A DNA stretch of 53,243 bases from Vezdaea acicularis (lineage: Eukaryota), in the NCBI GenBank assembly GCA_026025075.1, contig JAPEUI010000106.1, positions 1-53,243 of the forward strand, written 5' to 3'. The notes below the pieces were generated by a model. It worked only from the letters and a program-made list of their open reading frames with translations. It was not told where the DNA came from and did not search any database. This document shows, in pieces, positions 36,933-47,797 of the stretch (its first letter is position 1; every line of letters starts with the position of its first letter). The position numbers and the translations under genes are program-made.

Positions 36933-38969
36933 TTAGACATCGACGCCCGCGTCGCTTGCCTCTCCGATCAGCTCATCATAATCTGCCCCAGCATCGGGGT
37001 CGTCCTCGTGAATAGCAGTTGCGCCCAACATGCCTGCAACTTGTTGATCCTCTTCTTCGTCTTCAGGACCATCTTCGTAGAATCCACCGTTACTAGGAGC
37101 TCTTGGTAGATAGTCGTTATTTGAGATTTCGTCGAGGTAGTGGAGAAGTTGTTTCACTCCATCGTTAGAGAATACGCAAAAGACACCACGTTGGTTCGGT
37201 GTGAATTCTAAGTACTTGGTTAGTATTTAATTTGAATGGGGAAGCTTTGGCAGGTGCATACCTCTAGGTGCCTCCCGACAGAATCTCGTCAAGTCTCCTG
37301 CTTCCCGCAGGAATTGTGGGACTCCCGTTAAGCTCAGATGTGTAAGCTTCGGGCAAGAGATGAGAAGGGTATGTATTGCCTGAAAGTGGGCATTAGCCGA
37401 GCTCAGAAGCAGGGGCAAAAGTTCACGGGTGCGGATCCCAATAGGAACGGTCTTGGATGTAGCATGTGAATAAGGGTAGAAACAACATACCTTGATTGTC
37501 AGATGTGTGCAGTAGCTCAGATGAACTCTTTCTAAGTTGCTTGCCAGCAAGCCGTGACTTGAGCCAAGACGAGCTTTCGCTAGCGCTAAGATGCTTCGGT
37601 CCGTAATATTCTGGCACTTTACTAACCCTATCCTCCGAAGCTTTGGGAGGTTTGCAAGCTGCTGAACTGACTCATCGGTAAGTCTTGTGCAGCATGCCAG
37701 ATCAATATATCTGATTCGGTTGCATGTTTTGATTAGGTGAAGGATGGCTTTGTCTGTGATTAACCCGCAGTGACCAAGGTGCACGTAGTGGAGATTCTTT
37801 CCAAGGCGTGCTATCGAGGTGACCGCAACATCGGTAATATTTCTGCATTTGGCCAAAACAAGATTTCGGAGCCTTGGAGCTAATTCAATGATTTTGCGGA
37901 CTGAAGCGTCAGTGATTCTTTCGCAGCTAGTAAGGTCCAAAATCCGTAGGCTATCGAGTTGACGAGAATGCGTAAGTACAGTGAACGCTTCATCGGTAAT
38001 TAATTCACAGCCCGCTAGTCGGAGTTCCCGTAGATGAGTTGCGCGGCTTAAGAGCGTCGAGACTGAGATATCGTTGATGAGGGCGCATTTGTGTAGGTCT
38101 ATTTCCAACATATTTGAACATTTCTCGGCAAGAGCTACGACTGACAGGTCAGTAAGCAAGTTGCACTCGTTTAATTTAAGCTACAAGGTATTATTTAGTC
38201 GTTTGATCTTATCAACGTAAAGGAGTGCCTGACTTACTCTTTTTAGATGTTTGCACTGTGCCGCTATCCGGCTCATTGATATATCTGTGATCTTCGAGTC
38301 CGAGCTCACATTAAGCCCCTGTAGTCTACGGCAGTATTGAGCAACTAGCAATAGGGTGGCGTCAGTCAACTCATGTATCCCTGATACATCAAGAGCCAGC
38401 AAATGATCATTTCCTTCCACGAGTGCAGAAACGCCTGAGTCCGTAAGGTTTTGACAATTTGTCAAGGTCAATCTCTCGATCTTCTTGCAGCTTTGAACAG
38501 AGTGGAGGGTCCCATCGTTGACTTCGCCAGCAAGGTTTCCAAGATTAAGACGCTTGATCAAGTCTTCGTAGGCAAAGTATGAGTCTGATTTGCTGATGGA
38601 GTTGGTGATGCTCTGCATATTTCTCCAGCTCGTGCATTGCGGCCTATGCCATAGCAGACTTACACTGTGCATCGCCCATGTTCGGGACACTAGCATGCAT
38701 GTCCGTAGATCAGAAGGGCTACTCAACTTTGTGAAAATGCCGATGAGTAACTCAGAGGGCAATTTGTTGACTGGAGGAAGTGGTGGTTCACGATTCCTTC
38801 GAGATACACTCATATCTCGGAAGCCATGAACGCCTAGGGATGATTGAGAATCATTTGGCTGTACCATAACAAACTCGTCATCTTCGTATGGTCTTTCTGG
38901 CGAACTTGACGAAGATGGGCTTTCTGAAGGAGCCTCAGAGCTATGGTGCCTCCGTGTGCCACGGGCCAT
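36933..38969 (-). CDS. GRR1: SCF F-box/LRR protein Grr1/GrrA (4 exons)
   Basis: F-box LPSELLIGIF..L....DL..CMLVSR.WA...V.LLWHRP, IKRLNL, IERLTLTNC, tandem cysteine-containing LRRs (LRNLVLAKC, LRRIGLVKC, LERVHLSYC), and C-terminal EFTPNQRGVFCVFS. Introns at 38181-38237, 37380-37490 and 37208-37261. Confidence 0.95.
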
Positions 38970-39905
38970 TGTGCGTTGATCTAGAATGCCCCCACGAGTA
39001 GAGAAGGCCACTATGAAAGGAAATGTCCTGAGATTGCGAAAAGATTAGGCTCAAGCGTGGCTGCCTGCAAGACCTAAACGTTATTGCTGGCGTAGGCCGG
39101 AGCGTGCAGAAGAGCCCACAATGATGTCTGGCTACTCGTGCTCAAGTCTCTGCCTTGGAATGGAGAGGAATCGAAGTAGGTGGTTTGGGGATGATCGCCG
39201 TAGCCCAAGGTGTAATGGAACAGGGGGGGAGATCGTAGGGTTTTGTAGAGTGAATGGCGCGGGCACCCGATTAGCTATAGTATGTCAACTTCCCCTCTGA
39301 TGTGATTCATAGCTCTGGGCCTTCTCACTTAGATGGGCAAAAGACCAAATCAGTAGGCTTCTTCGAGAACCAGGTCAATATCTTCAAAGCAGGCAATTTG
39401 AAGCTCGGGGAGCTCAGGTCCTTCTGTAAGAGGTTGAGATCTGTAAGCGCTGCGACCCGAGCAGAGCCTTCCCAAGTGTCGCACGATTAGGCTTTGGATC
39501 TTGTTGACATTTCCTGCCGCTTGGTATATCAACAAATTTATCGTATATCTAGAAGATTTGCGCAATGGAGAAGAGGTTCGTGACTTTCATGTTATAAAGC
39601 AATGTTGCTTTGGTTATCATTCACCAAGTTCAAGTGAATGAGGGCGGTTGGTGCTGCCGCCGGGTTGTGTTGATGGGCGAGCTCGCATCCCGTAGGGCCA
39701 GTGTCACAAGCCCATGGGAGCGGCTATAAGTAGAGCAGGCACAACACTATCCAATCGCAAGCTCCTTTTCAGTGCATACCTCACCCGTCCCGTAAAAACG
39801 ATAGTTCGATGATTGTCACTAAAGCAGATCATAAGTTACATTTATGCTTACAAGTCATGCACCTTTAAACACAATGCATACGTGCAGTATATGTCGGTCG
39901 CACTT

Positions 39906-41811
39906 CTACATAACCTCATCCCTTTTACCTCCCCTCGCCCATTCTCTGAGAACGTTCTTCTTCAGTTTACCTGTGCTAGTCTTTGGCAACTCCTTTACGA
40001 TTTCCACCTCACGGGGCACCATAAACCTACTGATATCGCTCTCGTGCTTTGCCCAGTCAATGACATCTTGCCCTTTCAGAGAGGTTTTGTCAGTGGTGAT
40101 GAACGCTTTTGGGCGTTCCCCCCATTGGGAATCTGCCACGGCTACTACTGCAGCCTCCAAGATATCCGGATTGGTCATCAACATACCCTCAAGGGCAACA
40201 GAAGAAACATTCTCGCCGCCGCTGATGATGATGTCCTTCGCTCGGTCCATTATTTGAGCTGAGCCATCGGGATGCCATACCGCTAAATCGCCAGAATGTA
40301 AGACGCCGCCAGCAAATAGCTTTCTCGTTGCCTCCACATCTTTATAGTACCCTTTGGCACAGATGTTTCCCATAAATACGATCTCGCCAATTTCCTTGCC
40401 ATCCCTTTTCACATCGATGATTGTGCCTTCTGGCACGTCCGTCTTAATTACTCTAATGTTGAGACTCGTGATAAAGCCATGTCCTTGCCTCGCCATCTTT
40501 GCGTACTTCTTTCTCACCGGTAGCGTGTCCCATTCTGGCAAGTAATAACCCTTGGTGATGGGTCCATAGGTTTCCGTAAGACCATAGACGTGGACTGGCT
40601 GCAAGTTAAGCTTTGTCATCTGCTCGAAGAGATATGCTGATGGTGGGCTTGCCGCGACTGTAACTCTAACTGGCTCTGGCAAGACTTCTGCTTCTTTAGC
40701 ATTACACAAGAGGGTGTTGACTGTTGGCGCTGCATTATAATGTGTGATTTTCTCCTCTTTAAGTAAGCGCCAGATTTCGGGATAGTCGATTTTACGGAGG
40801 CAGTAATGCGTCCCTCGTACAGCCGTTACAGCCCAGGGATACGTCCATCCTACTTTCGCGTCAGTGTTCCATTTAATGCCGAGACCTTCAAATGATCATA
40901 CCCATTGCATGGAACATTGGTAAAGTCCAGAGATATCTACATCTCCCTACGTGGTAATTTAGTCCCGACTCAATCACCCCTGCAAGCGCAGCAAGGTAAG
41001 TGCCACGATGAGTATACACGACGCCCTTGGGTCTTGCCGTGGTTCCACTTGTGTATGCCAAAGCAATGTCGCTTTCCTCATCACTAGCTTGGGCATCTAG
41101 ACCATCCCAGCCCAAATCACCTTGCTCCTTGTCGTAGCGGAGGCCCTCAAGGACTGTGTCATCGAACGGTCCGCTTAGTTCACCTTCAGTGGCATCAGTG
41201 TCCAGATCCACAATAAAGCGGATATTTGGATGATCTTTCCGGAAACCATCTAAAAGTGGGACGAATTCGGCATCGACGATGATAGCTTCAACCCCTGCAT
41301 GATCGAAAATGTATGTAATATCATCTTTCTTCAGTCGGTAATTTATAGCTGAGTTGCGCAGTCAGTATTCAGATATGAGGTCATTTGTCGTAATCATCTA
41401 CCAACAATGCAAGCGCCTGCTGCAGGTATACCGAAAATTGATTCAAGGAATGCCGGAGTATTCGGGCATAATATCCCGACTTTCTTGAGTCCTTGTTTTT
41501 TCAGATAGTATGCTAACCCCCTGGCACGGTCTGCTGCCTCTTGATACGAGCGCTGCAATATTTTACCGTTCGCGGTAACATGATATATGGCTTCGGCCTT
41601 TCAGGTACCGTTAGAGTCGCACGACCAAGTTCGGCAAGAGTACTGTACCTACATCTGGCTCAATAGCTGCAGCACGCGGCAGAAAGAATGTTGGGGATAG
41701 GGTATGGATATGATTTCGGTGTTTATATTCGGGATTGGTAAGGTCTGGTGGAGTGGACGAGGGCAGAAAGTGAGCTGCAAGCTTTGCGAGACGCGAGGAT
41801 ACGCCAGACAT
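39906..41811 (-). CDS. AMP-binding acyl-CoA synthetase/ligase (acyl-activating enzyme), probably peroxisomal (4 exons)
   Basis: LSPTFFLPRAA, AYTSGTTARPKG (A3), TLPMFHAMGW, VYGLTETYGP, HSGDLA, DRAKDIIISGGEN, LPKTSTGK (A10). Three GT-AG introns; N-terminal RLAKLAAHF fits PTS2. Confidence 0.93.
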
Positions 41812-41988
41812 AATGCTCCTAGCAGCGAGACTTGAGCCTTATTACCGGTTATATAACTAATTCCTTGTACCGTAGCCGCAAATGTCTCATATTAAGTCAA
41901 GATGAGCCATCTGAGAAAGTTGCAAGGATCAAAGACGTTCAGTAAGTGCATATCTACGTCTGGTCAGAAGAGGCTCTGCGCCTATATT

Positions 41989-42029
41989 GTGGGGTACCTC
42001 GGCTCGGCATAAATATGCAGAGCCGAAGG
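41989..42029. promoter_or_regulatory. Candidate CreA site (GTGGGG) abutting a FarA/FarB-type site (CCTCGG) inside an imperfect inverted repeat, upstream of the acyl-CoA synthetase
   Basis: GTGGGG at 41989-41994 and CCTCGG at 41997-42002, within the palindrome CCTCGGCTCGGCAT-AAAT-ATGCAGAGCCGAAGG. A TATA-like TTATATAA lies at 41849-41856. Confidence 0.4.
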
Positions 42030-42262
42030 TCCGCATATCGTCATTGGGTCCCAGCTGTTCACCACAATCAAGACCTAATACTTTTGGCATGGATTTTTCA
42101 ATGGCTATGTAAATGGTTACAGGTTCGTGAAGCTGTTTGCTAAGATCGATACCTGTCAAGGATTCCTATAACCACCCAATCCACATTAATCCATAGCTCC
42201 TTGTTAGCCCCCAGTTTCGAGGTAAGTTGAGAACTGTGTAGCAGTGTTAGGTAGATACATAT

Positions 42263-43244
42263 TTAGTATCCATACGAAGCAAGTTGTTTCTTCGTCTTCG
42301 AGTCGATTTTTGAGCTCTTCTGAGCATCGGCGAGATATTTCCGGGCAGTCTTCTTGCGGGCATAGTACGCTGCGCCTTTGACTTTTCTCCTCTCCTCGAG
42401 TCTATGATTCCCGAAAGTCAGCACTCTTCTCCGACGTGCAGAATATGGCCGTGACATTAAGTCAAGAGTCCGGAGATCTCGTTATACATACCTTGCAACC
42501 ACATCTTGATACTTCCAGCCAACTTCATGACTCAGACGCCCCACAGTACAGTATTTCCTTCCAGGCTTCAATCTCAAGATTCTCAAGGCTTGTGGTACTA
42601 CCATCCTCTTCTGCTTATCGTATGGGGGTGGGACGCCTTCGAATACCTTCAAGCGGTTCATAGCAGCGGTACCTCGAGGGGTTTTATGGGGGATCATGCC
42701 GCGTACAGTCTTATAGAAGATACGAGATGGTGCACGAAAGTGAAAGGGGCCTAATCGCTAGGTTAACCTCCCGCGTTTGTATATGAGAAGGTAGCTCGAA
42801 TGAAACTGATATATCTTTGCTGGACTGCTCACCTCCTCGAGTAGGATTGTATCGTGTCATCTTTCGAAGGTAGGCATGGTACTTTACTATATTACCAACC
42901 CACGTCAGCTGCCGTACACATATGCTTCCAGGGCTCATATTTCTGGTTCCGCTCGCAGAAGTGCGAGTCTAGCATGTTCGAGAGTACGCACATTTCGCTC
43001 GGAAAAATTCGCCAGAGATATTCAGTGCCTCACACCGAACCACAACAATCTTCTGCCCATTCAGCAATTGCTTGGCCACAGTACTCGCTAGTCGTCCGAG
43101 AAGATGCCCTTTGCCATCGATTACAACCTGTCAATCTCCACATCAGTCTTCGCGCTCTAGCGTTTGGCGGTAGAGTATCCAATATTTATGAGAAGTTGAC
43201 GTTGAGGGAGCGAAGCCACTTACGACATTCTCGAAGGTGGACAT
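42263..43244 (-). CDS. RPL16: 60S ribosomal protein L16 (uL13/L13a; 5 exons)
   Basis: [50 protein letters not shown]|..[40 protein letters not shown]...[23 protein letters not shown]...LASYGY. Four GT-AG introns. Confidence 0.97.
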
Positions 43245-44126
43245 ATTGACCAAGTATCACTTCAAGGCCACAAGAACTACGAACCAGTAAAGGCCGAAAT
43301 CTCCTCTACCTTCGGAGATTTGGGGAGGTGTCGATGTTGGCGATTATTGTTGCAGCGTTCGTCGTTAGTGAGCAGTTGGTGCGCACACAGTAGAGTTTGT
43401 GATCTTCGCTTCGCCAAAAAGGGTTTAGCCCCGCCAAGAGATTCAGCAGTCCTTGCCCTATCCTCGTTGTTGATAATTCGTCTGCGTTGCTCAGTCACTA
43501 TAGGATTCTCCCAAGTTCCTGAAAGCTAGATCCCGAAACTGGCAATTCCAATATCAATATGTTACATAGCAGATGGCAGAAGGAAAGGCTCTTCATGCTG
43601 GATTTAGCGAGGTTCCCATCTACCAAGATCGTATGAAAAGGTACTTCGGGGATCCGGGCGGAGGGCTTCGCTTTACAGAGTCGAAGTAAATACCAAATCT
43701 CCGGGATCTATGAAAATCTTTGAAGAAACTCAGGTTCAGAGGAGAATTTTTCTATATATACTTCCAAACAGTTTGAGTAGACAGTATATCACCCCACCTC
43801 CCATATGTTACTCGGTACAGTAGACTCGAGGAGTTGACTTTGGGGTTGTACACCAAATGGAGGGCGCGAGAATCACATTGTCGGGCCTATTAAATCATCC
43901 CCTTACATGGCAAACGTAAAATCAAAATTTACTCCCGCACAAAAAACTCCTTTAGTTGACTCCCAGTACATCAAATATTCCTGCCAAGTTTCGAGTCTGA
44001 ATTGTTAGGAGCTGGAGAACTTGTAACCTTCCTGTCCAGCGCCTTCCATGTACGGTGCTTCCCAAAGCGGGAAAGTGGGCAACCAGGCTGCAGGCTCGGC
44101 AAAATTCTTGGCGCTCTCTGTCCGCC

Positions 44127-44134
44127 TATATAAA
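44127..44134 (+). promoter_or_regulatory. TATA box of the U1 snRNA gene
   Basis: TATATAAA about 50 nt upstream of ATACTTACCT, followed by a pyrimidine tract. Confidence 0.6.
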
Positions 44135-44179
44135 CCCATTCGCCCTCCCAGTTTTCCTTTTCTTTTCTCTTTCTTCTTC

Positions 44180-44328
44180 ATACTTACCTTGTTGCGAGGC
44201 CCATGATCAAGAAGATGGGTCCTCAAGATGAGAGACCTGCATTGCACATCGCGGAGTCGATCGTCTTCGAGTGGTCTTCGGATCCCTCGGCGGCGGAATT
44301 TTTGATGGTCATCTCTTCGTATGAAGAA
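44180..44328 (+). ncRNA. U1: U1 spliceosomal snRNA
   Basis: 5' end ATACTTACCT (44180-44189). Stem-loop I GGCCCAT-GATCAAGAAG-ATGGGTC (U1-70K loop). Stem-loop II with ATTGCAC (44241-44247, U1A loop). Stem III GGTC-TTCG-GATC. Sm site AATTTTTG (44297-44304), then a 3' hairpin TCTTC-GTAT-GAAGA. The 3' end is approximate. Confidence 0.93.
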
Positions 44329-45002
44329 TCTTTTCATTGATTCGTCGCTTTACGCGGCGGCTTGAAGAAGAGGTAGTCATAAACGGCACCGATTGTATGC
44401 TAGCAGTATGAAAAGCCATGGAACCATAACAATTGCTTGCGTTCTCTGGTCGGATATGGGAAAATTGATGTATGCTGTACGAAGAGGCGTATTGCTCTGA
44501 AGGATTCTGCCCTCTCGAAGCTGACCAACTTTGGTGTTCGGGTTTTGTTCTGTAAGACCAAGCGCATGTGCTTAGTCTCCAAGAATCTGCTGGCCCCCAA
44601 AGATCGCCAAGCTTGCTTATTGGACAATGCCTGTAGCAATATCTAAGCTTGTTCACGAAGCATTGAGAAGTTTCCCACTCCCTACCGTACAAATGGAATT
44701 CGAATTCCCCAGAGCACCTCTGATCGACCGGTGTCCTGCGGCGTCCAGATATCACCTTGGCCTGCAGAGGATTTGCCGGCACGCATTCCAAATCGATTGG
44801 CGAGCAATTTGTCAGCCCCCGATGGCGTCACGAAGCAACAAGAAGGCTGCGGCTCGTGAAGGCGTCACCTAGGTTTAAGCTTCGTTACCGAGCATACATA
44901 AGGAACGTCATATCTGCAACGAAGCATCAATTCTCTTTCTTCCGACACCCAAGCTTTCGAGCGACACAATTGCCCAGCATTTCTTTCCTACGAAGACTTT
45001 TC

Positions 45003-45399
45003 ATGTCATCCGCAAGCTCGCCAACCGCCATGTCTGCAGCAAGTGCGAAAGCCCAGGCCATCATCGACGATAATGCCGTCGCTGTCTTTAGCAAGAGCTA
45101 CTGTCCCTACTGCAGAGCTACCAAAACTCTCCTGACACAGATGGGAGCGAAGTACTACACCATTGAACTTGACCAAGAAGGTGAGTTGTCACGAGCCTCC
45201 GAGCGTGCCTTGGAACATACACTGAACACAAACCTCTTTAGATGACGGCGCCGATATCCAAAACGCCCTCGAGAATATAACACATCAACGATCCGTTCCC
45301 AATATCTTCATCTCGAAGAAGCACATCGGCGGCAATTCTGACCTACAAGCGATCAAGAACAAGCTGCCAGAGCTGTTGAAAGATGCAGGCGCTCTCTAG
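45003..45399 (+). CDS. Dithiol glutaredoxin (CPYC), Grx1/Grx2-like (2 exons; in-frame ATGs at 45003 and 45030)
   Basis: VFSKSYCPYC. Intron 45181-45241 leads to DDGADIQNALE...QRSVPNIFISKKHIGGNSDLQ; TAG 45397-45399. Confidence 0.95.
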
Positions 45400-45560
45400 G
45401 GAGACGTGGCAACCATTCAATAGCTCACGAGTCAAATAGGGAAGCAGGGGTTGAGGTGGTTATCACAGTGCTTGCAAGTGTATGTACACTACTGTACAAT
45501 AGCCGTGGCAACTAGCCAGCTTTAGCAAAATCCACAAATACACCCCAGATTTTGGACGTC

Positions 45561-46697
45561 CTATATGACTTGCGTAGCGACTGTGCCGATAGGCCTCTCC
45601 ACAAAATCCATAATACCCTCCACAATACTTTTTCGTGCTCCCTCGCTAGAGACCGTCTTCCCAGCCAAATACCCTAGCCAGATCTGCCTTGAGATCCTCT
45701 CATCTTGCAACTCGCCGATCTTCTCTAAGCCCTTGCCCTCCCCATCATCGAATAGTACTTCCAATCCACCCTTAGTCCCTCTTACCAGTAGCAGCGTCTT
45801 CCCCTTCGGAACGCTCTTCCTTCCCCCACTAAAAATATTCTTGAAGTCCTGCATAGTCACGCCAAACTGCTTATCATCATACTCCTTCTCCCCAGCTGCC
45901 TGCGCCCTCTGGACCCTCCCCGAAATTCCCCTCACCCAACCATCCCTCAAATGATTGAAATCTGTATTACGAGTCGGCACAATCCTGACCACACTCCTCA
46001 GGCCCTCCTTCCTCAAGACCTTATCCCAGATCCTCTCGCCCTCCTCGGGATCCAGCAACATGCCCTTAAGCTTCTCCTTCTCGCCCTTGATCAGCGTCGT
46101 GGCCACCCCATCAATCTGCCGCACCATCGCTTGTTGCAGTGCCGCGATATCTTCTGTCGCCACGTACAAGCCTATGACGTACACCTGTATGCTCAGGAAG
46201 CTAACAGTGCGGATCCCCAGCCCTACAAGTTGGTATTCTAGCGCCTCGCCCTTGACATCCGTCTCGCCCGCGATCTCAATTGTGCGCGGGAAAGTCGGGA
46301 CTGTGCTTGTGCCCGTGGGAACCTCATCGTCATGGGTCGTTTCGACAGGCGTGCTGCCAGGGAGCTTGCTTAGAGGATCGTTCCTCCGTGCGTCGGTCTT
46401 TTGGACTGGCGGAGGAGCGAAGTTGAAGGCCACGTAGATCGTTACGATGCCAGTGGCGACGGCACTGAGGCCGTAGATCCACATGCGGGTTACTTCGGAG
46501 TTGCGCTCTTCGAGCTGGCGGGTGCGCTCTTCAGGACTGAGGGGCAGTCTGACATGTTCGAGGCATTGATTGGACGTTGTGAAGGCATAGCTAGAGGAGC
46601 GGCGGGGAAGGCGCGAACGGAATTTGGGGGCAGCGGACTGGCGGAGGTATTGCATTAGTGGGTACTGGAGCACTCGGGATGAAGGTGGGCGAAACAT
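45561..46697 (-). CDS. Mitochondrial chalcone-isomerase-fold protein (Aim18/Aim46-like), single exon
   Basis: Arg/Ser-rich presequence, one TM helix, then YQLVGLGIRTVSFLSIQVYVIGLY, RIVPTRNTDFNHLRDGWVR and WLGYLAGK.VSS..AR.S. Confidence 0.88.
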   Translation of the reverse strand: MFRPPSSRVLQYPLMQYLRQSAAPKFRSRLPRRSSSYAFTTSNQCLEHVRLPLSPEERTRQLEERNSEVTRMWIYGLSAVATGIVTIYVAFNFAPPPVQKTDARRNDPLSKLPGSTPVETTHDDEVPTGTSTVPTFPRTIEIAGETDVKGEALEYQLVGLGIRTVSFLSIQVYVIGLYVATEDIAALQQAMVRQIDGVATTLIKGEKEKLKGMLLDPEEGERIWDKVLRKEGLRSVVRIVPTRNTDFNHLRDGWVRGISGRVQRAQAAGEKEYDDKQFGVTMQDFKNIFSGGRKSVPKGKTLLLVRGTKGGLEVLFDDGEGKGLEKIGELQDERISRQIWLGYLAGKTVSSEGARKSIVEGIMDFVERPIGTVATQVI

Positions 46698-46931
46698 GGT
46701 TGATTGATGGGCATTCAGGATGTGAGGAGGGAGGTCAGTTGAAGCTGGCGTATGACGCCTTGGAAATATGCTGGTCCGAAGCGAGAGGTACGGTGCACCG
46801 CGCTAGTCTACATGCATGGTATTGTAGTTATTTACCCTCCCTAAATCATTAAAGGAGCTCTAGAGAATTTAAATAGCTCGAGCCTTGTAGGAAACTAGCC
46901 CGTGAAGTACTAATTATTGGTAACTATAGCG

Positions 46932-47381
46932 CTACTGACGAGAATCACGGGACATTTTTTCGGCCTTAGCCATATCCTTCTTGAACTGCTCTGTGCACGC
47001 CACTCTCCCCCACTTATCCACGCCATAAAACCTACAGAAATAGAAGTAGTCCTGCGGAGGGTCACAGCTCCAATGATATCCTCTCTCCCCTTGTCTCGTA
47101 GCCTTGTCACAAGTGGAAAAAGGCGAGCATAGCACCCTTTCACCTGGGTACTTCTTTAGCAACTTCTTGATCATGTCATCGCCGCGAACGCGCAGGCCTC
47201 GCTTCTCCCATTTGAATAGCCCACTGTCGAAGTTGGCGCCTAACTCCTCTTCTGTAATTCCGAATGCGAGGCTGAGTTCGCCGTCGCACCGGGCGGCGTA
47301 GAGGCTACGTGGGGCAGGGTTGCCTTCCTCATCTTTCCAGCCGCTCTGCAATTTCGGGTCCTTCGGCGTGGCTTCAGGCAT
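46932..47381 (-). CDS. Hypothetical protein, 149 aa (orphan candidate)
   Basis: Intact single-exon ORF with good start context (CTCGCC-ATG) and a globular-looking composition (W, C, Y, F). It fills the gap between two conserved genes. No domain recognised. Confidence 0.5.
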   Translation of the reverse strand: MPEATPKDPKLQSGWKDEEGNPAPRSLYAARCDGELSLAFGITEEELGANFDSGLFKWEKRGLRVRGDDMIKKLLKKYPGERVLCSPFSTCDKATRQGERGYHWSCDPPQDYFYFCRFYGVDKWGRVACTEQFKKDMAKAEKMSRDSRQ

Positions 47382-47797
47382 GGCGAGATCAGCAAGCTTA
47401 TGGTCTTAATTTTGGATGAGAGTCTTTGTGATTTAGCTCTAAGAACGCCGAGATGATGTGAAGGAGTGACAGGATTCGAACCGTTGGTATGAGAGAGAGG
47501 GTACGAGAGGTGTGAGAATGGAGAATCAAGGGAACTCCCCTCGAAGAACAAATCTGGCGGTTCTTGTAGGATTTACTGAATCCAAGCTTGAGAAATCTGC
47601 CATAGTGAATCACTCATTCACTATGGCAGGAGCGTGGTCATGCAACCAAACCGAAGAAGCTATCTGAAGTACATGATCAATTATCTTGTATATCTCCACA
47701 GCAGTCAGCTTTTAGCACATGTAATAGGAGAGAGCCCGCTTCGTGAACGATCATGCCAACCGCTAGAAATGCTAAACTCCATATATGAACACAAATT

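Noticed and set aside
44005..44337. Minus-strand ORF with an apparently perfect donor AAG|GTAAGT at about 44187
   Set aside because: The donor is just the reverse complement of the U1 5' end (ATACTTACCT). The ORF overlaps U1 and looks non-coding.
45565..46437. Long plus-strand ORFs opposite the AIM18-like gene
   Set aside because: Antisense shadows caused by biased codon usage.
47460..47545. tRNA gene
   Set aside because: Only a B-box/T-loop is present, with no A-box, D-arm or anticodon arm. Kept only as an isolated B-box finding.
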